A DNA stretch of 64,000 bases from Acidobacteriaceae bacterium (lineage in GTDB: Bacteria > Acidobacteriota > Terriglobia > Terriglobales > Acidobacteriaceae). The stretch lies in the NCBI GenBank assembly GCA_965198645.1, contig OZ240670.1, positions 1,608,984-1,672,983 on the forward strand. The letters are read 5' to 3'. Positions 11,222 through 19,826 of the stretch are shown here, piece after piece (position 1 is the stretch's first letter; every line of letters begins with the position of its first letter). The notes beneath the pieces were generated by a model that had not been told where the DNA came from, did not search any database, and saw nothing but the letters and a program-made list of their open reading frames with translations. A program made the translations under genes and the position numbers.

Positions 11222-11537
11222 GGGAGGATGGTACACACACCGTGCCGGTGTCGCAATCCTTGTGCATTCCCTGAGTGCCCGTTCCAAGCGCAGATCGGAT
11301 CGGGTTCCCGCTCCGGCCCGACCCCGGTCCAAGTCAACGCAGTGCTGACCGTAGACGGCTTGCGGATCGCCTTCCCGACCGTGTAGCACAGTGCTAGCAT
11401 CTTGGTTTAATGACATTGGTTCGGCGGCTTGATCTCCCGGCTGCTTCAGAGCCCAGCGGAGGGTGCTTTCCGCTCTCTACGACAAGCGCCCGGCGCGCGC
11501 AGGCAATCTCACGGTTCCATATGGAGAAAGGTTTTAC

Positions 11538-12542
11538 ATGGCAGTCAAGGTAGGCATCAACGGCTTCGGCCGCATCGGCCGGAATGTGCTTCGTACCGCG
11601 CTGAACAACCCGGAGATCGACTTCGTCGCGGTCAACGATCTGAGCAGCCCCAGCACCCTCGCTCACCTGCTCAAGTACGACTCGATTCTGGGCAATCTGA
11701 AGAGTGAGATCTCCGCCACGGAAGGCGAGATCACCATCGATGGCAAGCGCATCAAGGTCTTTGCCGAGCGCGACCCGCAGAAGCTGGATTGGGAGTCGGT
11801 CGGCGCGCAGATCGTGGTCGAATCGACGGGCCACTTTACCGATGCGACCAAGGCGTGCCAGCACCTGGGCCGCACGGTCAAGAAGGTGATCATCTCGGCG
11901 CCGGCGACCAATGAGGACATTACCATCGTGCTTGGCGTGAACGAGAAGAAGTACGATCCGGCCAAGCACAAGATCATCTCGAACGCTTCCTGCACCACCA
12001 ACTGCCTGGCGCCGCTGGTCAAGGTGTTGCATGAAAAGGTCGGCATCGTCTCTGGGTTCATGACCACGATCCATAGCTACACCAACGACCAGGTCATCCT
12101 TGACTTTCCGCACAAGGACCTGCGCCGCGCCCGGGCTGCCGCGCTCTCCATGATTCCGAGCTCAACCGGCGCCGCCAAGGCTCTCAAACTCGTCATCCCG
12201 GAGATGGCCGGCAAGCTCGACGGTTACGCGATCCGGGTGCCCACGCCGAATGTCTCGATTGTCGACCTGAGCTTCCGGGCCGAAAACCCGACCACCGCGC
12301 AAGCAGTCAATGCCGCTCTCAAGGAAGCCTCTGAGGGGGAGATGAAGGGCATTCTCGGCTTCACGACCGAGCAGCTCGTCTCGGTCGACTTCAAGGGTGA
12401 CTCGCGCAGCTCGATTGTGGACTCGGAGCTGACCAAGGTCGTCGCTCAGTCGGTCAAGGTAGTCGCCTGGTACGACAATGAGTGGGGTTACTCGAGCCGG
12501 ATCCGCGACCTGATCCTCTACGTGGCAGCTCAGGGTCTGTAG
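11538..12542 (+). CDS. gap: type I glyceraldehyde-3-phosphate dehydrogenase
   Basis: [16 protein letters not shown], the [12 protein letters not shown] active site and WYDNEWGYS. The ATG at 11538 is preceded by GGAGAAAGG. Confidence 0.95.
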   Translation: MAVKVGINGFGRIGRNVLRTALNNPEIDFVAVNDLSSPSTLAHLLKYDSILGNLKSEISATEGEITIDGKRIKVFAERDPQKLDWESVGAQIVVESTGHFTDATKACQHLGRTVKKVIISAPATNEDITIVLGVNEKKYDPAKHKIISNASCTTNCLAPLVKVLHEKVGIVSGFMTTIHSYTNDQVILDFPHKDLRRARAAALSMIPSSTGAAKALKLVIPEMAGKLDGYAIRVPTPNVSIVDLSFRAENPTTAQAVNAALKEASEGEMKGILGFTTEQLVSVDFKGDSRSSIVDSELTKVVAQSVKVVAWYDNEWGYSSRIRDLILYVAAQGL

Positions 12543-12953
12543 GTGGGGCCAGACGGCAATGCGCCTCTTAACTGGCGAAGCAACATCGCCGGCAGCTCGC
12601 CCTACGAGCCCATCATTGGCTTTTCGCGAGCGGTGCGTGCCGGTAGCGCGGTCTACGTCTCTGGAACCGGCCCGGCAGGCGCCGAGGCCGGCAGTGCCGA
12701 AGTCCAGGCCAGGCACATTTTCCTGCTGATCGAAGGCGCTTTAGGCCAAGCCGGCGCGAGCCTGGAGCATGTGGTCCGCACGCGCATCTATCTCACAGAG
12801 GCTGAGGACTGGGAGGCGGTAGGGAAAGTACACGGTGAGTTCTTAGGCACCATTCGACCTGCAGCGACTATGGTGGTCGTGGCCAGGCTCTTGCATCCTT
12901 TGTGGCGCGTCGAGATCGAGGCCGACGCCTTGCTCCCCGACGATAGGAGTTAG
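12543..12953 (+). CDS. RidA/YjgF/Rid-family protein
   Basis: GFSRAVRAGSAVYVSGT...HVVRTRIYL...VEIEADAL. The GTG start directly abuts the gap stop codon. Confidence 0.7.
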   Translation: MGPDGNAPLNWRSNIAGSSPYEPIIGFSRAVRAGSAVYVSGTGPAGAEAGSAEVQARHIFLLIEGALGQAGASLEHVVRTRIYLTEAEDWEAVGKVHGEFLGTIRPAATMVVVARLLHPLWRVEIEADALLPDDRS

Positions 12954-12962
12954 AAACTACGC

Positions 12963-14177
12963 ATGGCAAAGCTTTCGATTCGCGATCTCGACCTGGCCCA
13001 CAAGCGCGTTCTGGTGCGAGTGGACTTCAACGTGCCGCTGACTGAAGACGGCTCCGAGATCACCGACGACACACGCATACGCGAGACGCTCGCGACCATC
13101 CAGTATGCGCTCGAGCACAAGGCAAAGCTGATCCTGGCTTCGCACCTGGGTCGCCCCAAGGGCAAGCCGAACCCAAAGTACAGCCTGCGCCCGGTTGTCG
13201 ACCGGCTGCGCCTGCTGCTTGATCACGCCATCGCCGAAAAGATCAATGTTGCCTTCTCGCCTGATTGTGTCGGCGAGGTCGCCGAAGAGATGGCCCGGCA
13301 GCTTGAATCCGGCCAGGTGCTGCTTCTCGAAAACCTCCGCTTTCACCCGGAAGAGGAGGCCAATGATCCAGAGTTCGCCAAGCGGCTTGCCTCGCTTTGT
13401 GAGATCTATGTGAACGATGCGTTCGGCAGCGCGCATCGTGCCCACGCCTCAACCGAGGGCATCACTCACCATGTAGCCCAGGCCGCGGCCGGCCTGCTGA
13501 TGGAAAAGGAGCTTACCTATCTTGGGGTGGCTCTCGAGAAACCGGAACGGCCCTTTGTGGCCATCATTGGCGGAGCCAAGGTCTCGGACAAGATTGGCGT
13601 GATCGACGCGCTGCTCAATAAGGTAGACGCCATCCTGATCGGGGGCGGCATGGCTTACACGTTCCTGCGGGCCAAGGGTCAGGAGACGGGCAAGTCGCTG
13701 GTTGAAGCGGACAAGATCGAGATAGCCAGGCTCGCGCTCGCCAAGGCGGAAGAGCGTGGCGTCCGCTTCCTGCTGCCCGTCGATCACGTACTCGCCGACC
13801 GTTTCGCGCCCGATGCGGCGACAAAAATCTTTTCAGGCGATGAGCCCTTCCCTGCCGAGTGGATGGCGCTTGATATAGGCCCGAAAACGGTGGAGCTCTT
13901 CTCCTCCGAAATTGCCGCCGCCCAGACCGTAGTCTGGAATGGCCCGATGGGAGTCTTTGAGCTGCCGGCTTTTGCCAAAGGCACCACCGGAATCGCGCTC
14001 GCCGTGGCAGCCAACGCGGCTGCGACAACCATCGTGGGCGGGGGTGATTCGGTCTCCGCAGTTACCCAGGCCGGTGTGACCGGGCAGATCAAGCACATCT
14101 CGACTGGGGGCGGGGCTTCGCTCGAGTTTCTCGAAGGCAAGAAGCTGCCCGGGGTCGAGGCGCTTACCAACCAGTAG
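12963..14177 (+). CDS. pgk: phosphoglycerate kinase
   Basis: [42 protein letters not shown]. Confidence 0.95.
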   Translation: MAKLSIRDLDLAHKRVLVRVDFNVPLTEDGSEITDDTRIRETLATIQYALEHKAKLILASHLGRPKGKPNPKYSLRPVVDRLRLLLDHAIAEKINVAFSPDCVGEVAEEMARQLESGQVLLLENLRFHPEEEANDPEFAKRLASLCEIYVNDAFGSAHRAHASTEGITHHVAQAAAGLLMEKELTYLGVALEKPERPFVAIIGGAKVSDKIGVIDALLNKVDAILIGGGMAYTFLRAKGQETGKSLVEADKIEIARLALAKAEERGVRFLLPVDHVLADRFAPDAATKIFSGDEPFPAEWMALDIGPKTVELFSSEIAAAQTVVWNGPMGVFELPAFAKGTTGIALAVAANAAATTIVGGGDSVSAVTQAGVTGQIKHISTGGGASLEFLEGKKLPGVEALTNQ

Positions 14178-14361
14178 CCGGGAGCGGGCTGCAGGAGAAG
14201 GCGGCGCCCCTGCTAGCTACCGGACGGGCGGCACCGGCTCACGCGGAGCGATTGCTGCAACAAGGGCGCGCCGGATGCATCTACCAGACTGCGGAGGCGC
14301 TTGCGCTCCATATACTGTGCAGCTGAAACTCTGCCGCAATAAGGAACGTTGAACGCACTGC

Positions 14362-15111
14362 ATGCGCAAGCCACTGATCGCCGCCAACTGGAAGATGTTC
14401 AAGACGCCCGCCGACGCAGCGGCGTACGCGGAGAGATTTCTTCCTCTGGTAGACGGACACACTCGCGATGAGATCGTCATCTGTCCTTCGTATCTCGCCC
14501 TGAGCACGCTCGTTGAAGCCTGCGCCAAGACCTTTGTTGCAGTCGGCGCGCAGAACTTGAACGCCGAGGAGCAGGGCGCCTTCACCGGCGAAATCTCCGC
14601 GCCCATGCTTCGCTCGATCGGCGTCACCCACACCCTGCTCGGACACTCCGAGCGCCGCCACTACAACTGCGAGAACGACTGGGATATCAACCGCAAGCTG
14701 CATGCGGCGCTCGCCCATGGCATGTGCCCCATCGTGTGCGTGGGCGAGGTGCAGGAAGAACGCGAGGAAGGCCGGACCAACGACGTACTGATGCGGCAGG
14801 TGAAGATTGCGCTGGAAGGCATCAAGGCTGAAGATTCGTCGCCGATCGTGATGGCCTACGAGCCGGTCTGGGCGATTGGCACCGGCCAGACAGCCTCGCC
14901 TGAGATCGCAGCCGAAGTGCACGGCGTGATTCGGCATGCGGTCGCCGAAAGGCTGGGGCCGGCCGTGGCCTCCGGCATGCGCATCCTTTATGGGGGCAGT
15001 GTGAAGCCGGAGAATGCGGCCTCGCTGCTCGAGCAGCCCGAGATCGACGGCGCCCTGGTAGGAGGCGCGAGTCTAAACCCGGACTCTTTTGCGGGGATTG
15101 TGAAGTACTAG
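14362..15111 (+). CDS. tpiA: triose-phosphate isomerase
   Basis: AANWKM, LGHSERR, AYEPVWAIGTG, YGGSVKPEN. Confidence 0.95.
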   Translation: MRKPLIAANWKMFKTPADAAAYAERFLPLVDGHTRDEIVICPSYLALSTLVEACAKTFVAVGAQNLNAEEQGAFTGEISAPMLRSIGVTHTLLGHSERRHYNCENDWDINRKLHAALAHGMCPIVCVGEVQEEREEGRTNDVLMRQVKIALEGIKAEDSSPIVMAYEPVWAIGTGQTASPEIAAEVHGVIRHAVAERLGPAVASGMRILYGGSVKPENAASLLEQPEIDGALVGGASLNPDSFAGIVKY

Positions 15112-15231
15112 GCCAGGTAGCGAAGGACGCTGCTAGTATGTGCGGGTGATGCCCTCGAGAGGACGCGCTGTCCGCAAGCAGACACTGTCACCTGGATCAT
15201 GCTGGCGCCTGGGCCATGTTGGCGCTGGGGC

Positions 15232-16008
15232 CTAGTCAGCGTCGAGCGTGGCTCCGGCCGGATCGACAGCCATCTCGCCCATCGTTCTGTCATTGACCGA
15301 AGTACCATTCGCGGAACCGCCATTGATGTAGCCGACCGGCTGTACGCTCCCATCCGTGCGAAAGATGTGGCCCATCTTGGCTTGTTTGACTTGCAGGTAT
15401 CTTTCGAAGCTCTCCTCGACCGGCACCTCAGCCGGCACACGCTCTGCCACGTGCACCCCTGCGCGCTCCAGTGCCGCAACCTTCGCCGGATTATTCGTCA
15501 TCAGGCGCACCGAGGTAACGCCGAGCTGGTGAAGGATTGCTGCCTGCAGCTCAAACTCGCGGCAGTCCGGCTTGTAGCCGAGCTCGATGTTCGCCTCTAC
15601 TGTGTCCCGCCCAAGCTCCTGCAGCTCATAAGCTTTTAGCTTAGCCATCAGCCCAATGCCTCGTCCTTCCTGCTGGTCGTAGACGATGATGCCTGCGCCT
15701 TCTTCGGCAATCGCGTGCAGGGCCAGCTCCAGTTGGGCGCGGCAGTCACAGCGCAGCGAATGAAACACATCGCCGGTGAGGCACTGCGAGTGGATCCGCA
15801 CCAGTGGCGGCCGGCCGCCCATACCTCCATTCGTGATCTCGCCCATCACCAGCGCCACGGCCGACTCATGCTCCGTACCGGCTGGCCGGGGTGTGTTGCA
15901 GCAGGGGGTTACGTCGGAGAGAGTGCCTTCAAAGCCGAGTATGCGAAAGTTGCCGTAGCGCGTCGGCAGCGCTGTATCAGCAACCTTGCGTACACTGTCC
16001 AATGCCAT
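15232..16008 (-). CDS. ribA: GTP cyclohydrolase II (stand-alone), with internal insert and C-terminal extension
   Basis: LPTRYGNFRILGF, RIHSQCLTGDVFHSLRCDCRAQL, QQEGRGIGLMAKLKAYELQELGRDTVEAN, TNNPAKV. The ATG at 16008 is preceded by GAGGGG. Confidence 0.85.
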   Translation of the reverse strand: MALDSVRKVADTALPTRYGNFRILGFEGTLSDVTPCCNTPRPAGTEHESAVALVMGEITNGGMGGRPPLVRIHSQCLTGDVFHSLRCDCRAQLELALHAIAEEGAGIIVYDQQEGRGIGLMAKLKAYELQELGRDTVEANIELGYKPDCREFELQAAILHQLGVTSVRLMTNNPAKVAALERAGVHVAERVPAEVPVEESFERYLQVKQAKMGHIFRTDGSVQPVGYINGGSANGTSVNDRTMGEMAVDPAGATLDAD

Positions 16009-16112
16009 CCCCTCATTATACGAGCGCACTACGAGCGGACCTTTCGGTCCGCGCTGCACCTTTGAGCGAGGCGCTCTGAGCGTGCCACCGCGCGGAGGCT
16101 TAGAGTAGTAGC

Positions 16113-17450
16113 GTGATCGACGCTCGCCTCTTTGACGCCCGCCTGATCGACCAGAAGCTTGTCCTGGTGACGCTGGTAATCAAGCTTGGCGTAGCTGCGG
16201 CTGTCTCGAGCGCGCTGACCCGCTCGAGTGACTTTCAGCGAATGCTCTTTGCCGAGAATCGAGGACCACGCCAGCGCCTGGGGCTGATCGCCTTTCTATG
16301 CGTGCCGCTCGGGCTTGGGGTCTGGGTACGGCTGACGGTGCCGAACTTCTATGCGGCCGATATCGCGTTTGAGACCACCATCCTGCTTGGAGTGCTGCTC
16401 GGGCCGCTTTCAGCGACCCTTGGCGCGGTGCTGCTCTCGATCCCCAGCATGCTGCATCGAGAGTATGCGTCTGCCCCGTTCCTTATCGTGGTCGCGCTGG
16501 TCGCGGGCATCTTCGCGCGCTTTGTTGAGACAGAGGAGGTCTGGTCATTCTCTCCCTTTGTCGACCTGAGTATCTACCGCTGGATCCGGCGCAACATGCG
16601 AACGCCGCGCTTCGATCGACAGGTGTTGCTGGTGGTTCTGATCTTTGGCCTCGAGATCGCGCGCGAGTGGATCGCCGGCGAGTACCCCCATCGGCTCTTC
16701 GCATTGCCAGCGCATGGCTGGCTGATGCGGCTTGCAATTTGGACATGCGCGGCGATGGTGGTCGGGATCCCGCTCAAGATCTGGAACGCGATCCGCATCG
16801 AGCAAAAGCTTGAAGAGCAAAAGCGCCTGCTGCTCGAGGCACGGCTCGACGCGCTGCAGCGGCAGATCAATCCGCACTTCCTGTTCAACACGCTGAATTC
16901 CATTGCCTCGCTGGTGCGGATGCGACCGGAGCAGGCGCGCGAGCTGATCGTCAAGCTGGCCAACATTCTTCGCGCGCTGCTCAAGGACCATGACTCCTAC
17001 GTGCCCTTCCGCGAGGAGCTGAACTTTACCGACGATTACCTGGGGATCGAAGTGGTGCGATTCGGGGCCGAGAAGCTTCGGGTGGTCAAAGAGATAGATG
17101 CGGACACCCTGGAACTGCCGGTGCCAAGCATGCTCCTGCAGCCGCTGGTTGAGAACTCGATCAAGCATGGGCTGGAGCCGCGGATCTCCGGCGGTACCAT
17201 CACGCTGCGCTCGCGCCTGGAAGCCGGCACGCTGATCATCGAGGTTGAAGACGATGGAGTAGGCATTGCGCCCGATCGTGCGCTGCGTACCGGCGTGCTT
17301 GAGCAGAAGGGAACCGGCATCGGCATGCGCAACGTACGCGAGCGATTAGAGGTGCTCTACGGGGAGTTGGCCGTCTTCGAGGTGACCAGCCGGCCGGGCC
17401 GGGGAACCCTGGTCACGATGCATGTGCCCGGTGCGGTCGTGGAAGTGTAG
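16113..17450 (+). CDS. LytS/YehU-type sensor histidine kinase (5TM-LYT N-domain, His_kinase, HATPase_c)
   Basis: QINPHFLFNTLNSI H-box, LLQPLVENSIKHG N-box, DDGVGI and GTGIGMRNVRERL G-boxes. The N-terminal half is multi-TM. Confidence 0.85.
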   Translation: MIDARLFDARLIDQKLVLVTLVIKLGVAAAVSSALTRSSDFQRMLFAENRGPRQRLGLIAFLCVPLGLGVWVRLTVPNFYAADIAFETTILLGVLLGPLSATLGAVLLSIPSMLHREYASAPFLIVVALVAGIFARFVETEEVWSFSPFVDLSIYRWIRRNMRTPRFDRQVLLVVLIFGLEIAREWIAGEYPHRLFALPAHGWLMRLAIWTCAAMVVGIPLKIWNAIRIEQKLEEQKRLLLEARLDALQRQINPHFLFNTLNSIASLVRMRPEQARELIVKLANILRALLKDHDSYVPFREELNFTDDYLGIEVVRFGAEKLRVVKEIDADTLELPVPSMLLQPLVENSIKHGLEPRISGGTITLRSRLEAGTLIIEVEDDGVGIAPDRALRTGVLEQKGTGIGMRNVRERLEVLYGELAVFEVTSRPGRGTLVTMHVPGAVVEV

Positions 17451-17501
17451 CTTTTACAAAGTGTTGTGGGCATCTGCCGATTCGGTCATTGAGGTGGACC
17501 A

Positions 17502-17681
17502 ATGGTTACTAGATGCCTATCACTCTTGTTCGTAGTACTTTTTCCCTATTGGACATCTGGAACGTACGCCGAAACTCCACCAGCTCTACCTTTCCCAGCG
17601 ATCGACAGTCCTCCAACTTTGCTTCCGATTGGCTGCTCGATGGCGGAGATCATCGGGTTGAATAATGCCCAGGGTAGTTGA
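17502..17681 (+). CDS. 59-codon ORF with signal-peptide-like N-terminus, ending in a TGA that is in frame with the next ORF
   Basis: GAGGTGG lies 4-5 nt upstream of the ATG. The product reads MVTRCLSLLFVVLFPYWTSGTYA/ETPP.... It shares a frame with 17793..18287 and may be the 5' part of a disrupted gene. Confidence 0.3.
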   Translation: MVTRCLSLLFVVLFPYWTSGTYAETPPALPFPAIDSPPTLLPIGCSMAEIIGLNNAQGS

Positions 17682-17792
17682 GGCTACAAGCTACTTCTCT
17701 ACGAACTTTCTGCCATATCCTCTGCTCACAGCGCCACGAAAGAACTGGTAGACGCTCTCCCATCCGCAAAATCACGCTTAGACCTTAGCGGT

Positions 17793-18287
17793 GTGCTGAT
17801 GCACATGCTAAGTGGTCTAGATGACTCCGAGAACGATTATCTTTGTGCCTCTTCCAAGATCGGTCAATACAAGACGACGGACGATGATGCGCCGGTGGTT
17901 CGCTCGTCACTTATCACTGTGTTCAACCGGATGTACTTGGAGACGACCGATCTGCAAGACGGCCTTCGTGAAGAGATAGAGAAGGTTGAACGTGGAGAGA
18001 ATGTTTCGAGCGTTCAAAGCACAGAGAGAAGAGCGGCGATTCTCGCAGATCGAAAGCAAGCGGATGACGATTTAATGAACGCGATGGAGATATCGGCGAT
18101 GCTTGCGATGGACTGGAGCAGACCACAAGACGCGGCCGTGAAGTACGTAGACATGGACTGTACTCGGTATGGTCTCGTCTTGGGTCAAGCGGTTAGTCTC
18201 ACGAGAGAAAAAGGAATAGATGAGTTTACGAAAGACTCTTCACTCATCGTTAGTGCACTCAAGAGCAAAAGGTGTAGGGCCAAGTAG
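17793..18287 (+). CDS. hypothetical protein in a low-GC islet (possibly the 3' part of a gene interrupted at 17679-17681)
   Basis: 164-aa ORF with a GTG start and an acidic, helical-looking sequence. No family recognised. The frame is open back to the TGA at 17679. Confidence 0.4.
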   Translation: MLMHMLSGLDDSENDYLCASSKIGQYKTTDDDAPVVRSSLITVFNRMYLETTDLQDGLREEIEKVERGENVSSVQSTERRAAILADRKQADDDLMNAMEISAMLAMDWSRPQDAAVKYVDMDCTRYGLVLGQAVSLTREKGIDEFTKDSSLIVSALKSKRCRAK

Positions 18288-18345
18288 ATATGGCTTTTGC
18301 AGGCTTGGGTTGTGTAGCCATGCCATGTAGGCAGTTGCTAGCAGC

Positions 18346-18498
18346 CTAGAGCGTGTTCTTGATCTCGGTTGCGAGCGTCCCGACCGGGTTGCTTACGGTA
18401 CGGCTGGCAATGGTGCCGAGCGACTCGCCCCGCTTGTACATCAGGTAGGCTGCCGCGACGCCACTCAACAAACTGGCCCATACAAAAAGTCTTCTCAT
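18346..18498 (-). CDS. small single-TM membrane protein
   Basis: MRRLFVWASLLSGVAAAYLMYKRGE.... GGGAG lies upstream of the ATG at 18498. It sits about 50 nt downstream of bshA on the same strand. Confidence 0.35.
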   Translation of the reverse strand: MRRLFVWASLLSGVAAAYLMYKRGESLGTIASRTVSNPVGTLATEIKNTL

Positions 18499-18549
18499 TC
18501 CGCTCCCTCTTCTCTCGGCCGCCTGGTTCAGTGGCGGCACACGTGGAGG

Positions 18550-19686
18550 TTAGGATGCAACAACCTGCTCGTAAAATGCCTCGTACCGCGGGATGATTCG
18601 GGTTGTGCAAAAGCGCTGCTGCGCGGTCTGCCGAGCGGCGGTGGCCATCGCTTCCAGTTGTTTGCGGTCGCTCAGCAGCGAGAGCGCAGCCGCCGCCATC
18701 CCTTCGATGTCGCCGACAGGGAACAGGCGCCCGTTTACTCCATCCTCGATCAGCTCCGGGACGCCGCCGGCGCTGGTGGCGATGGTCGGTACGCAGCAGG
18801 CCGCGGCCTCGAGCGCGACCAGCCCGAAGGCCTCAAGTTTGCTCGGCATCAGCAGCAGGTCGGCCAGCGGCAGCAGCCTGTGCACCTCGTCCTGCTTGCC
18901 GAGGAAGTGCACTCGCTCGGCCAGGCCCTTGGCGTGGACCAGGTACTCGGCGTTCGAACGCTCAGGCCCGTCGCCGACCAGCAGCAGACGGGCAGGCATC
19001 TGCTCGGCGACTCGCGCAAAGATCTCGACCACGTCGCCCACGCGCTTGACCGGGCGAAAGTTCGACAGGTGCAGCAGAATCTTTTCCTCGGCCCCGGCGT
19101 AGAGGGCGCGACCCTCGGCACGTGCTTCAGCAGGGAGAGGCTGGTAGAGGTCGCAGTTGACGAAGTTCGGGATGACCTCGATCGGCCGCGTGATGGAGAA
19201 CGCCTCGACCGTCTTGTCGCGCAGGTAGCTCGAGATCGCAGTGACGCCATCGGACTGTTCGATGCCAAAACGGGTGATAGGAAGGTAGGACCGATCAAGG
19301 CCGACGAGCGTGATGTCGGTGCCGTGGAGCGTGGTAACGAAGGGCAGCCGCCGGCCTCGCGCTTGGAGCATCTGCCTGGCCAGCAGCGCGCTGACCGAGT
19401 GGGGGATCGCGTAGTGCACGTGCAGAAGGTCAAGGTCGTAGTACTCGCCCACCTCGGACATGCGGGTGGCCAGGGCCAGGTCATAGGGCGGGTACTCGAA
19501 GAGCGGGTAGGTCGGCACCGGCACTTCGTGGTAGGAGATGCCTTTCTCGCGCCCGGTCAGCCGAAAGGGCTGCTGGTAGGTGATGAAGTGGATCTCGTGG
19601 CCCTTGGCAGCGAGCTCGATGCCGAGCTCGGTCGCGACAACGCCCGAGCCGCCGTAGGTCGGGTAGCAGGTGATCCCTATCTTCAT
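18550..19686 (-). CDS. bshA: N-acetyl-alpha-D-glucosaminyl L-malate synthase (GT4), bacillithiol pathway
   Basis: MKIGITCYPTYGGSGVVATELGIELAAKGHEIHFIT...TTLHGTDITLVG...SNFRPVKRV...LLLVGDGPE. This is collinear with Bacillus BshA as I remember it. Confidence 0.8.
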   Translation of the reverse strand: MKIGITCYPTYGGSGVVATELGIELAAKGHEIHFITYQQPFRLTGREKGISYHEVPVPTYPLFEYPPYDLALATRMSEVGEYYDLDLLHVHYAIPHSVSALLARQMLQARGRRLPFVTTLHGTDITLVGLDRSYLPITRFGIEQSDGVTAISSYLRDKTVEAFSITRPIEVIPNFVNCDLYQPLPAEARAEGRALYAGAEEKILLHLSNFRPVKRVGDVVEIFARVAEQMPARLLLVGDGPERSNAEYLVHAKGLAERVHFLGKQDEVHRLLPLADLLLMPSKLEAFGLVALEAAACCVPTIATSAGGVPELIEDGVNGRLFPVGDIEGMAAAALSLLSDRKQLEAMATAARQTAQQRFCTTRIIPRYEAFYEQVVAS

Positions 19687-19826
19687 CGGGCTCTCGCAGT
19701 CTGTGGCTATGACGCGTCGCAGGGCCGAGTGGATGCGAAAGTTGGGCTGACCGAGTGCGATCGGGGCCCGTACCTCGCCAGCAGAGCTGGGAGTGAGAAG
19801 GTCGGGTGCAAGGTCGGTAGGCCGCT

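Noticed and set aside
12162-12716. The 184-aa minus-strand ORF spanning the gap/ridA junction.
   Set aside because: It overlaps two well-supported plus-strand genes and has no motifs. It is a shadow ORF.
17679-17681. Selenocysteine recoding of the in-frame TGA.
   Set aside because: There is no obvious SECIS-like hairpin immediately downstream. The context (GS-TGA-GYK) is unlike known selenoproteins, and no selenoprotein family is recognisable. Pseudogenisation or two separate ORFs are more parsimonious.
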